Part shown: piece after piece, positions 1 through 9,580 of the stretch
Position numbering within the stretch: position 1 is the first letter of the stretch
How the letters are laid out: the number at the start of each line of letters is the position of its first letter
Assembly (NCBI GenBank): GCA_963843795.1
Contig: CAWJLW010000005.1
Span: 1-64,000, forward strand
Source: an uncultured bacterium
GTDB lineage: Bacteria; Armatimonadota; Abditibacteriia; Abditibacteriales; Abditibacteriaceae
Reading direction: 5' to 3'
Length of the DNA: 64,000 bases
Made by a program: the position numbers and the translations under genes
Notes under the pieces: model-generated
Databases searched by the model: none
Seen by the model: the letters and a program-made list of their open reading frames with translations, nothing else
What the model was told of the DNA's origin: nothing

Positions 1-321
1 TCATTATCATAATCTATTTAAAAGACGTATTTCGCACTACAAAAATATGACCCTGCCACTTATTTGGAGTGAGACCGTAAGTAAATATGGCCGCACAGCC
101 GTCTGTTGATCCTGTTGATCAAATTCCCAAAAAGCGAAAGCGAACTTTTGAGTCTCGTGTTAGCTGTTCGTTTGTCTGCTTTCTCAAAAATAAGATCAGT
201 TCCGCAGTAGGATCAATTTGCTTTTTTATGGCAGCAATAAGTTGCTGAGTGTTACACATACGTGTGGCAAGTAACTTGCAGGCCTGAGTACGGGCTTAAC
301 ACAAGCATTGATAAGGATGAT

Positions 322-2061
322 ATGGGTCTATTGATTGACGGGTTGATTATCGTTTTCTACTTCGTCGCTATTATCGCAATCGGTTTGCGCATGGGGCGAC
401 GCGAGGACAGCTTGCACGATTTCGCGTTAGGGGGGCGTCAGGTGCCGTGGTGGGCTGTAATGGCTTCTATCATCGCAGCCGAAACCAGCGCGGCCACGTT
501 TTTGGGCGCTCCCGGTGAAGGATATGACAAGCGCAGCCTGGCCTACGTGCAGCTTGTTCTGGGTCTCATCATCGGGCGCATTATCGTGGGCAATGTGTTT
601 CTCAAGCCCTACTACGAATACAAGGTCTACACCGTTTACGATTATATTGGCGTGCGCTTTGGCCCGCGCTCGAAGAACTACGTTTCGGGGCTGTTCTTGC
701 TGATGCGCACTTTGGCCTCGGGCACGCGCTTGTTCGTGCCTTCTCTGGTTATGGTGCTGGCTTGGCGATTGTTCACGGGAGGAAGCGGGGCGCAGTCGGT
801 GCAATTCAGTCAGGGGGCCGTAACTGGCGTCGGGCCTTATCTCATCGCCATCATTACCCTCACCGTCATCACTTGTATCTATACCGCTCTAGGCGGCATC
901 AAGGCCGTCATCTGGACTGACGTTATTCAGGCCTGCTTGATGTTCGGCGGCGCTCTCGTCGCTCTGGTCACCCTGCTCATTCATGTAGGAGGCTTTTCGG
1001 CGGTGGCTCAAGCGGTGCCGCAGATGACGCGACTCGAAGGCTATTTCATTACCGGCTTCGAGCCCGAGTTTGTAAATAAATGGCAGGAAACCAATCACAT
1101 CTCGGCCATGAACGCCTGGGAATATGTCAAGCTGATTCTGAGCAGCGACTATACCATTTTCTCGGCGCTTATCGGTACCACTTTGGGTAACATGGCCGCT
1201 TTCGGCACCGACCAGGATATGGTGCAGCGCATGCTAACAGCGGAAACGCACCAAAAGGCGCGCCGCAGCCTGATTACGGCGGCCTTCATGGATATTCCGA
1301 TTGCCGCGACGTTCACCTTCATCGGCATTCTGCTCTACGTTTTTTATCAGCAAGACCCTACCTTCAAACCTGAAGCCAACTCCGATGTGTTTGGCGCCTA
1401 TATCCTCAACGTTATGCCCGTTGGCATCCGCGGGTTAGTGCTGGCGGGCGTGTTCGCCACGGCCATGGGTTCTCTGTCGGCGGCTCTCAACGCTTTGGCA
1501 ACGAGCGCCACTAATGATTGGTATATCGCACGCAATCCCAATCGCAGCGAGGGCCACTACGTCTGGGCAGCGCGAATTTTCACCGTGGTGTTCGCGACCT
1601 TGATGATCCTGGTAGCAGGTGGCTTCGCTTACGCTAAAGTCACTCATCCCGATGTGCGTATCATTCCTGTGGTGCTGGGCATCGCAGGCTTCATTCTTGG
1701 CCCAATGCTTGGTGTGTTCCTCATCGGTATGTTCACCCGCAACCGCGGCTCGGATAAGGGCAACATCATCGCTTTGACAGCGGGACTCATTGCCACCATT
1801 GTCTTGGGCGACTTGCACATCACATTCTTCAATGGGGTTGCTCCACTTCTGGGCTATACCGAACCGTTGGTGCGCCCCGTCTGGCTGCCCCAGGTCTCAT
1901 TCACTTGGTTTGCCATGATTGGCTCGCTGGTCGTCTTCATGGTCGGTGTGCTGTTCAAGACGCCCGAACACGTTCTGGAAGCGGCCAAGCGCCGGGCGCA
2001 AGAAGCTGCTCACGGCGAGGACAAGCCCATGTCTCTTCGTGAAGAGGGCGCTGCCGGGTAA
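322..2061 (+). CDS. Sodium:solute symporter (SSS/SLC5) family transporter
   Basis: Many hydrophobic TM segments. SSS motifs 'SIIAAETSAATFLGAPG', 'YTALGGIKAVIWTDVIQ', 'FGTDQDMVQRMLTA', 'AMGSLSAALNALAT'. ATG at 322 follows AAGGA and is preferred over the ORF-track start at 262. Confidence 0.92.
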   Translation: MGLLIDGLIIVFYFVAIIAIGLRMGRREDSLHDFALGGRQVPWWAVMASIIAAETSAATFLGAPGEGYDKRSLAYVQLVLGLIIGRIIVGNVFLKPYYEYKVYTVYDYIGVRFGPRSKNYVSGLFLLMRTLASGTRLFVPSLVMVLAWRLFTGGSGAQSVQFSQGAVTGVGPYLIAIITLTVITCIYTALGGIKAVIWTDVIQACLMFGGALVALVTLLIHVGGFSAVAQAVPQMTRLEGYFITGFEPEFVNKWQETNHISAMNAWEYVKLILSSDYTIFSALIGTTLGNMAAFGTDQDMVQRMLTAETHQKARRSLITAAFMDIPIAATFTFIGILLYVFYQQDPTFKPEANSDVFGAYILNVMPVGIRGLVLAGVFATAMGSLSAALNALATSATNDWYIARNPNRSEGHYVWAARIFTVVFATLMILVAGGFAYAKVTHPDVRIIPVVLGIAGFILGPMLGVFLIGMFTRNRGSDKGNIIALTAGLIATIVLGDLHITFFNGVAPLLGYTEPLVRPVWLPQVSFTWFAMIGSLVVFMVGVLFKTPEHVLEAAKRRAQEAAHGEDKPMSLREEGAAG

Positions 2062-2120
2062 ATGGAACTTATCTGCAAATGTGGACCGTTGAAAAAGTCA
2101 AACTGGTTCCACAGGGGCAA

Positions 2121-3539
2121 TTAAGGATTTGCAGTGGAACTTTTAATGCCCAGAGCAATAGCAATATCGGTGACATCAGAATATTTGGGCGCGCTGGGAT
2201 TGACAGCGGCTTTGGCTGTGTCGCGCGCGCCGCTGTCGAAGTAAGCATCAATCCACGGTGTGATGGTTGGCAAGTCCTCGAAAACCGCTTTGAAATCGCC
2301 CTTGTTGGCCGAGCGGAATGAGGTGAAGTAATCGCAAATCGCCAGGGGCAGGAAGTACTTCTTGGGTTCCTGATATTCGGTATGGCCCAACTGCTCGACG
2401 GTACGACCTATGGGCAGTGCGCGCGTGCAGAGACGTGCGATTAGCTGCGCCCAGGCGCTGGTAGACACGCGGTAAGTACTGGGGTTGATGTCCTTAATCG
2501 CGCCCATCACGTTGTCGAAGCTGGTGTAGAAAGCCTGCGTGTGCAGAGCAATGGCAACGACCTGCTCGTTTTGCGCGATGACGCTGGCTGGCAGCGAGCG
2601 AATATTGTAAAGCGCGTAATTGGTTTTGATGCTGTTGTTGTAACCCGCTGGAATCGGCGTGACTTCCTTGATACCGGCGTCTTTTAACTTTTTGTAGAGA
2701 AACAGTTCCGGCTCTTTGGCGCCCGGTGGTACGGTTTTCTCGACCAAGATGAAATCGTTGCTGCTGAACCACTTGCGCGCGTCATCGGCGGCGGTGCCAT
2801 CGTAAGAATACGCCGCGAAGTTGGCAATGCCTTCCATGTAAGTGAGCGCTCGGTCAGGCGTGGCTTCGGTGAGATAATGCGTCTGGTCGCTGCCGTAGAA
2901 AAACGCGCCGAACTGGTGAACTCGCATATCCGATAAATCTTGCGTGTGCATCAATTCATGGCAAATCGTCGAGATGCAATCTTTAAGCGCGGCAAATTGC
3001 GAATCGTTGTTGTAATGCCACGCGCCCAGTGTGAGGTTGCCGCCCCAGGCGTGTTTGTCGCGGTCGTCGGCGGAATAAGCGCTCGCGCACGGCCACGATT
3101 GCTTGCTAGTATTGTCGTCGAGGCAAATACCGAATTTGTTCAGGTTGGCCTGATTAGTGAGTTTGGCCGCGCTGTCATCAATCAGATAAACCGCAATTGG
3201 TTTGCTGGTGATTTTGAGCGTGTTCGCCACGACTTCCTGCAACGTATCCAAGCTACCCGCGCCCGCGACTGCCGCGTTGCCGAGAAGCGCTTTAATCATG
3301 TTGCGGAATTTCGTCATGTTCGGGTCAGTGTAAAACGAACCCGTACCGCCATTTTTCATGACATCATCAACGTTGATAGCGACGGCGGCAGCGGCGTTAT
3401 CGTTGGGATTGGCGACGTAGAAAAACGACAGCTTGCCCTTGATGTAAGCGCGGTCGGCGTCGTTGGCACGCGCGCCAATTGGTAGGGACGACATCAAGCC
3501 AAGCGCCAGAACACTGAGTTGAAAGAGTTTTTTCATCAT
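2121..3539 (-). CDS. Secreted putative zinc metalloprotease (HEXXH, gluzincin-like)
   Basis: Signal peptide MMKKLFQLSVLALGLMSSLPIGARA. 'CHELMHTQD' (HEXXH) with downstream 'YMEGIANF' (candidate third ligand Glu). Start overlaps the upstream stop (ATGA) and has a GGAGG RBS. Confidence 0.72.
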   Translation of the reverse strand: MMKKLFQLSVLALGLMSSLPIGARANDADRAYIKGKLSFFYVANPNDNAAAAVAINVDDVMKNGGTGSFYTDPNMTKFRNMIKALLGNAAVAGAGSLDTLQEVVANTLKITSKPIAVYLIDDSAAKLTNQANLNKFGICLDDNTSKQSWPCASAYSADDRDKHAWGGNLTLGAWHYNNDSQFAALKDCISTICHELMHTQDLSDMRVHQFGAFFYGSDQTHYLTEATPDRALTYMEGIANFAAYSYDGTAADDARKWFSSNDFILVEKTVPPGAKEPELFLYKKLKDAGIKEVTPIPAGYNNSIKTNYALYNIRSLPASVIAQNEQVVAIALHTQAFYTSFDNVMGAIKDINPSTYRVSTSAWAQLIARLCTRALPIGRTVEQLGHTEYQEPKKYFLPLAICDYFTSFRSANKGDFKAVFEDLPTITPWIDAYFDSGARDTAKAAVNPSAPKYSDVTDIAIALGIKSSTANP

Positions 3540-5611
3540 TGTCCGCCTCCCGCCGGAGAGCCCGGCACTTCGTCGCAAAAGATGAATTCGTCGGTCGCGG
3601 TTTTCTTGCCCGAAGTCACGGTGCGGCCATCTTTCATGCGCCACGAAATCTCGTAAGAATAATCGTTCTTGTTGGCGGGCCGGATGTACTCCAAAGTTTG
3701 CGAAAGCTGGCCGCTCGCAGGGTTGAGCGTCGCTTGCTTGGTTTGATCTTTGCCGCCGACATCGTAATGCACCGTCGCCGAAATCATGCGAATTCCGGCG
3801 GCTTTCACCGTATCGGGATCGGCCTCCAAATGGAGTGTGCGTTTCTCGAATGGCGGCGTCACGGTGAGCGTAAAATTGCGACCGGGCTTCCAGCCCATAT
3901 CCACTTCGTTACCACCCTGAAAACTCCACACTTCGTTGTATTCGTAGTTGAACCACTTGTCGCGGTTCTTGTCGTTTTTCCAACCATAAAGCAGTTTGAA
4001 AAAGTTGCCGTTCTTATTGAAGTTGGAGCGGTCGATGCGAATCTCGTCGTCGGATTCGTCGCCGCCCTCGTGCTTTTTCCTCATGCGAACCGTGACGTAA
4101 TTAACGTACTTGTCGAAATCTGCCGCGTTCTGGCCGTCGAGAAAAACGCTAATCTCGCGCTGCTTGAAAACCGGATCGTCGAGGTTGACCTCGTAGAAAT
4201 GATTGGGGTCTTTCATCAGGCGCGACAAGTTGCCGATGTTCTCGTCGAAGCGCAGTTGCAGCGTGTCTTGCGTGAACTTGTTGAATTCGATTTTGAACAC
4301 ACCGCTTCGGTGCACAGTTTTCATTTCGTAAGAGGCGAGAAGGGAAAACGAGGGTTGGGTTTTTTCTTTCGAGTTGTTGCCTGAATTATTGCCCGAATCG
4401 GCGGGCGGCTTTTTGGTGTCGAGGTCGGTCGCTGGCTTGCGATTGGTATCGGCGCTGGCATCGGGAATCGTGGTCGCATTGCCCGCTAGCGGCTTGCCAG
4501 TTTTGTCCTTGTCACTGGCTGGCGGAGTATCAGCCACCAAGAAAACGCGGGCGGGCGAATTGGGGTAGGTGTCGGAATAAGTAGCGAAGTGAAAGGGCGA
4601 TATGTCGAAGCGCGGCGTCACACGCTGCACCAGCCGCACACGCGTATTGCCAGCTCCGGGCAAGCGTGCACTGCGCCCGTTAAGTACCGTAGCGGTGGCG
4701 CGATTCAAAAGCTCCTGATTTTCGCCGCCCGACGAGCTGCCCGCGCCCGATTCCATTTTATCGAACATCAAGTCGCAAATTTTTCCGTACGCGGTTGCAA
4801 TTAGGGTATCGAGCTTATCGTCGCCACCCTTAGTTACGAGCTTAATTGCGCCCGATGATTTCAGCTCGTCAAACGCATCGCGAATTTGCCCGCCTACGAA
4901 AACTTTGCCCATGTTCGCCGCAATACCGGCGCTAAAAGTGCGATGCTTGTAAATCTGGTCGAAGTTGGCTTCCAGGCGCGCTTCATACGGGTTGCGATAG
5001 CCCGACATTTCCATTTCAAACGTAAAGCTGATGTCGGGCGTTGTGGTCTTGAAACTGTCCCAAAGTACTTTGGCGCCGAGTTTGGTGAGGCGAATGCTGA
5101 CCGCCGCTTTTTCACCATCAAGAATCGGCGCGTTGCCGATGCCAAGTACTTTGGTGGCCAAGTCGCCATCGTCTTGCTTGAAGCTCGAAACGATGCCGAA
5201 TTTGCCCGACTTGAAAATCACCGGCCCAACCAGCGTTGCGCCCGGCGCTTTGCGCCGCACCTGCGCTTCGGCATCTTTGACTTGATCGGGCGTCGCGCCC
5301 AGTTGCACCAAACAGTGCACGATGCCGCCGCCTTCGCCTTCGTTGTTGTCTTTCTCGCCCGCTTCGCTTTTGACGTTGGAAACATATTTGAGAAAGCTGA
5401 ACTGCGGCTGGTTGTTTTCATCAACGGCGAGATGCGCCTTGTCGGGCACGTAATAAAACTTTTTGGCATCGCCGTAAACCGGAAACACCGTCAGCTCGCC
5501 CGCCTTGAAACCCTGATCGAGCAAAATCTCCTGAGCGCGCGAAGTTTTCACGCCGCCCAGAAACGCCAGCACCGCCACCAAAATTTGCAATCGCAAGAAT
5601 GCGCGTTTCAT
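3536..5611 (-). CDS. Secreted protein of unknown function, paralog family member 6
   Basis: 691-aa ORF with Sec signal. Shares 'YYVP..LAVD.NNQPQFSFLKYV', 'GGGIVH', 'GNAPILDGEKAA', 'VNLDDPVF..REI', 'VNYVTV..RKK' with its neighbours. Confidence 0.85.
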   Translation of the reverse strand: MKRAFLRLQILVAVLAFLGGVKTSRAQEILLDQGFKAGELTVFPVYGDAKKFYYVPDKAHLAVDENNQPQFSFLKYVSNVKSEAGEKDNNEGEGGGIVHCLVQLGATPDQVKDAEAQVRRKAPGATLVGPVIFKSGKFGIVSSFKQDDGDLATKVLGIGNAPILDGEKAAVSIRLTKLGAKVLWDSFKTTTPDISFTFEMEMSGYRNPYEARLEANFDQIYKHRTFSAGIAANMGKVFVGGQIRDAFDELKSSGAIKLVTKGGDDKLDTLIATAYGKICDLMFDKMESGAGSSSGGENQELLNRATATVLNGRSARLPGAGNTRVRLVQRVTPRFDISPFHFATYSDTYPNSPARVFLVADTPPASDKDKTGKPLAGNATTIPDASADTNRKPATDLDTKKPPADSGNNSGNNSKEKTQPSFSLLASYEMKTVHRSGVFKIEFNKFTQDTLQLRFDENIGNLSRLMKDPNHFYEVNLDDPVFKQREISVFLDGQNAADFDKYVNYVTVRMRKKHEGGDESDDEIRIDRSNFNKNGNFFKLLYGWKNDKNRDKWFNYEYNEVWSFQGGNEVDMGWKPGRNFTLTVTPPFEKRTLHLEADPDTVKAAGIRMISATVHYDVGGKDQTKQATLNPASGQLSQTLEYIRPANKNDYSYEISWRMKDGRTVTSGKKTATDEFIFCDEVPGSPAGGGQ

Positions 5612-5732
5612 TTCGCCTCCACTTCTTGATGCTTAAACCAAACTTACACAAAGTCGCCCGCAAGTACTTGCAGCGCACAAAACCTTCTCACAAAGAAACG
5701 GTTTTGAACGCAACAAAGGGTGCAACTTAAAT

Positions 5733-7710
5733 CTATGGATTTACGGCGTTCTCCACTTTGCCGAGAATTTTTTCCATCACGCCGTTGGCTAATCCCTTGG
5801 CGCGCGTCTTGTAATCGTCGAGCGTCATGAGGTCGTCGGGAATGTTGGCGTAAATGTAATCGTCGCTCACGTTTTGAACCCACGGCCCGACCAAGCGGCC
5901 CGCCGTTTTGTGATAGTAGATCAAGCGATACGCGTAATTGCGCTGGCCACGATCTAAGAAAATCTTTTGCGCCGTCGAATTTTTCGCGGGCGCGACCTGA
6001 ACGTTGGTTTCGGTTTCCTTGCCAAATTGAACGTAGTGAATTTGTGCGGCGATTCGCACCACGTCTTTGGCTTTCATGTCGTCGGCGTCGCCCTCGACTT
6101 CGATATTCACCGGTCGCACCGGCGGCGTGAGCGTGACGCCTTCCCAACTGCCCGACTGCCACGTCGGGTTTGGCGGATACACGTTGCCGCCTTTCAAGCT
6201 CCACTGCGCCTGATACTGGTAATTGTCGGGGTTTTTGTCTTCACCGCGCGCGTAAGTCACTGAGGCGGCGACGCCGTTGTCCTTCAAGTACTTGGAATCT
6301 ATCGTGATGTGATCCTCAAAATCGCGTCCGCTCGTGCGCTTTTTGCGCACGTTCACCGTGACATAATTCACCGTATCGTCGAAGATTTCTTTGCCGTCCA
6401 AATCCATGATGAACTTGATATCGCGGTGCGAGAAAAACGGGTCGTTGAGATTGATCGACGCCACGCATTTCGGGTTGTCGCGCACGTTGTCGTACCAGTC
6501 GCGCAGGTTGGCCGTCATGCGAACCGGAATCGCAACGGGCAAGCGCGCATTGATCGTCCACACGCGATCCGTCATTTCGGTCTTGCTTTTGAAAACGCGC
6601 TGGTCGTAGGAATTAAAAGTGCCCGGCGGGGGCGCTTTGATGCCGTCCTTTCTCGTCTTGCGGCGCGGAAACCGAGCCGGACGGCTTTTCGGTGAACGTC
6701 GCCATGAAGATTTGCGTGAAGGCATCGAAAAGTTTGGTCGCCAGTTCGCCTTCGACGCGCGCGTTCCAATCGAACTTCACCAAGCCTTTATCGACCAAGA
6801 ACTGCAATTGCGTCTGGTTTTCCTTGTAAGTTTTGGAATCGGTCACGTCAGTTCCAAAAATCCCGAACGGGCCGTGCTTGACTTCCTTGTGATAAGAAGT
6901 GTATTGCGACTTTAATTCCTCGAAATCCTGACTGATTTTGGACGCGTGAAACTCGACGCGGCCTTGCACGGCGGGCAGCATCGCGTAGCACACGGTATCG
7001 GTCGAAATCGAAACGTCGGCGATGCTGCTGGTTTTATCGAAAGTTGCGGCCAAAAGCTGCGCGCCGTTGCTGGAAAGCCGCGCCGCCGCCGCGATTTTCT
7101 CGCCCGGCATCAGCGGCGCTTTGCCCGAAGTCACAATCGAAGGCGTGAGAGTTTTGTCGGTCAGCGTGCCCGAAATAATTTGAAACGATGCGGCACCGGC
7201 ATCGGCGGGCGCTTCGACGGGCGCCGCACCCACAATTTCGGCGGCCTGCATTCCCGTAGGAATGCGCGTTTGCAACGTCGGCGATTTCCACACGGCAAGC
7301 GCGCGGCTGCTGCCCTGACGAAGTTGCGCCTGCGCTTCGTTTTTCTGCTCGGCGGAGAGGCCGAACTCCATCAGGAAGTGCAAAAGCGCGCCGCTCACGC
7401 CGCCCTGCTCCTCGCTTTTTTCGGTGACGAATTTCATGAACAGAAACTGCGGCGTTCCATCCGGGCTGCGCGAAAGATGCAAATTCGTCGGCAGGTAATA
7501 GTACTTGGGTTTGGTCGGCGTCGAATCGAGCGTCGGCAGCAGAATAACTTTAGTGCCGTCTTTCAAAGTCAGCTCGCGCCGCCCGTCATATTCCACGCTC
7601 GCCGCGTGCAGCGACTGCGCGCGACACGCCGAATATTCGCCCGCCAGCAACAACGCCATTATTGCCAACCCAATCCATGCTTTAAGGTGTTTCATTATTT
7701 TGGCCCCCAA
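5733..7710 (-). pseudogene. Paralog family member 5, split by a single-base frameshift near 6650
   Basis: ORF 6613..7710 carries the signal peptide and N-terminal family motifs; ORF 5733..6725 carries the C-terminal motifs (INLNDPFF, VNYVTVNVRKKR). Removing one A from gagAAAggac (+ strand ttt 6649-6651) joins them as ...QDEKDGIKAPPPG... Could be a sequencing error. Confidence 0.8.
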
Positions 7711-7766
7711 CTGAAAAGAAATTTCGATAGCGCAAGTACTTGCGGGGCAAGTACTTGCAGGTGGCG

Positions 7767-9530
7767 TTACGGCAATTCGTCCACGAAAATCAGGCCGCTC
7801 GCATCGCTCGCCAGCGGCTTGACCACATCGCGTCCATCGGCCATGTGCCAGCGGACTTCGTATTGATATTTGTAATCGTTTTGCGGTTGAATGATTTCGA
7901 ATTTTTCCGCCACCGCCGCCTCAGTTGGTTTCACCACGATTTGCTTGGTGCGCGGCTTATCGAAGAAGCTGTAATTGATTTTGACGACCGCATACTTCAC
8001 GCCCGCTTTTTGCATCGCTGCGCCGTCACCTTCAATGCCGATTTGCCGCCGTTCGTAAGGCGGCAGCACGTTCACCATCGGCGAATTGACGGTTTTCCAG
8101 GCTTCCTCGTAGCTGCCGCCATCGCGGAAATTCCACTTGGTGCGATATTGGTAATCGAGCCATTTGGTGCGGTCGTGGTCGCCATCGTAACCGTATTGAA
8201 CCGCAAAGCGATTGGCATTTTGGGTGAACGTGGTGCGATCTACGACGACTTCACCCAAAGTACTGGTGCCGTTCTCGTGGTCTTTTTTCACTGTCACCGA
8301 AACGTTATTGATGTACTTGTCGAAGTCGTTCAAAAGGCTGCCGTCCACGCTCACCAGTACTTCGCGCTGCGAATAAATCGGGTCGGCGAGATTGATCGCC
8401 TTGAAATAATCGGGGTTTTTGCCGTATTTTTTGAACAAGTCGCCGACATTAAAAGTGATGAGCGAGTGACGCGTGACGAGCGATTGATGATTGAAATTCA
8501 AAATCGTGTGCCCGCTCGATTGCATGTCTTTCAAGCGATAGGAAGCCGTGAGTCCAATGCCCGCCGAGCCGCCGCCAAGCCCCAAACCGATGGCCGAGCC
8601 AATAGCATCGAGCAAGCCCATTTCTTGTTTGGGCGGCGGCGCTTCTTCGACCGGACGAAATAATAAATCGAGCAATTTCGCGTAAACCGTGTTGAGTAGC
8701 GCTTCGCTGTTCGCGTCCTCGCCGCGACTGGTTAATTTAATCGCGTTATCGCGTCGCAATCGTTGAAAGGCCACGTCAATATCCGCGCCGACCCAGATGA
8801 ATTTCGCGCCGCCTTTGAACTGCTGGTCTTTGAGTACTTGCTGCCAATCCACATCGAGCGTCGCGTCGTAAGCGTCGGCGACACCCCCAAATTCCATGTC
8901 GAAAACGACTGAAACGTCGGGATTCGCCATCTGAAAGCTGTTGTAAAGAATCTGCGCATCACGCTTTTCCAGTCCCATCGAAAGCGCGATCTTATTGCCT
9001 TCAAGAACCGGCGCGTTGCCGGATGCGATCATTTTACGCGCGCCTTCGGGCGCATCGGGCGGCACGTCGGCTTTGGCCAGCGACGACACGATGGTGTAGC
9101 GCCCGCCACTGAAAACAATCGGCCCGCGCAGCTTGACTTCGTGATTGCCGGTCGCCTCTTCGAGCGCTTTTTTCGCTTTGGCGACTTGCGCTTCGGTCGT
9201 GTCATAAAGCGCGAGAAAATGCAGCAAGCCTCCGCCGGTCGCTTCGGTGATGGTGTTGGCCGAATCGCCCGCACCCTTCACGTTTTCGACGTAGCGCAAG
9301 TAGCTGAATTCCGGCCCGCCGCTGCGATCTACGCCCAAGCGCGCGGCGGCGGGCAGATACAAATACTCGTTGGGATTATTCGCCAGCGGAAAGCACCACA
9401 AGCCTGCCGCGCGCACGCCGTGATCTATCGAGATTTGCTGCGCGCTGGCCATGCGCGGCGCGCGACGAGCGCCGCGAGTAGTGCCAGCGCGCTCGACACA
9501 AGAGAAGGGTTTACGTAAAAATCGTTTCAT
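7767..9530 (-). CDS. Secreted protein of unknown function, paralog family member 4
   Basis: Family motifs 'YLYLPAAARLGVDRSGGPEFSYLRYV', 'GGGLLHF', 'GNAPVLEGNKIA', 'INLADPIYSQREV'. Likely start ATG 9530. The signal-peptide hydrophobic core is out of frame (see findings). Confidence 0.82.
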   Translation of the reverse strand: MKRFLRKPFSCVERAGTTRGARRAPRMASAQQISIDHGVRAAGLWCFPLANNPNEYLYLPAAARLGVDRSGGPEFSYLRYVENVKGAGDSANTITEATGGGLLHFLALYDTTEAQVAKAKKALEEATGNHEVKLRGPIVFSGGRYTIVSSLAKADVPPDAPEGARKMIASGNAPVLEGNKIALSMGLEKRDAQILYNSFQMANPDVSVVFDMEFGGVADAYDATLDVDWQQVLKDQQFKGGAKFIWVGADIDVAFQRLRRDNAIKLTSRGEDANSEALLNTVYAKLLDLLFRPVEEAPPPKQEMGLLDAIGSAIGLGLGGGSAGIGLTASYRLKDMQSSGHTILNFNHQSLVTRHSLITFNVGDLFKKYGKNPDYFKAINLADPIYSQREVLVSVDGSLLNDFDKYINNVSVTVKKDHENGTSTLGEVVVDRTTFTQNANRFAVQYGYDGDHDRTKWLDYQYRTKWNFRDGGSYEEAWKTVNSPMVNVLPPYERRQIGIEGDGAAMQKAGVKYAVVKINYSFFDKPRTKQIVVKPTEAAVAEKFEIIQPQNDYKYQYEVRWHMADGRDVVKPLASDASGLIFVDELP

Positions 9531-9580
9531 GGCATCTGGCCTCGATAAAAGTGCGCTGCAAGTACTTGCAGCAGACAAAA

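Noticed and set aside
103..120. Direct repeat ctgttgatc x2 upstream of the symporter
   Set aside because: Too short to distinguish from chance without a cognate regulator.
6640..6660. Programmed ribosomal frameshift in paralog 5
   Set aside because: No canonical slippery heptamer is present, and similar lesions in neighbouring genes favour error or decay.
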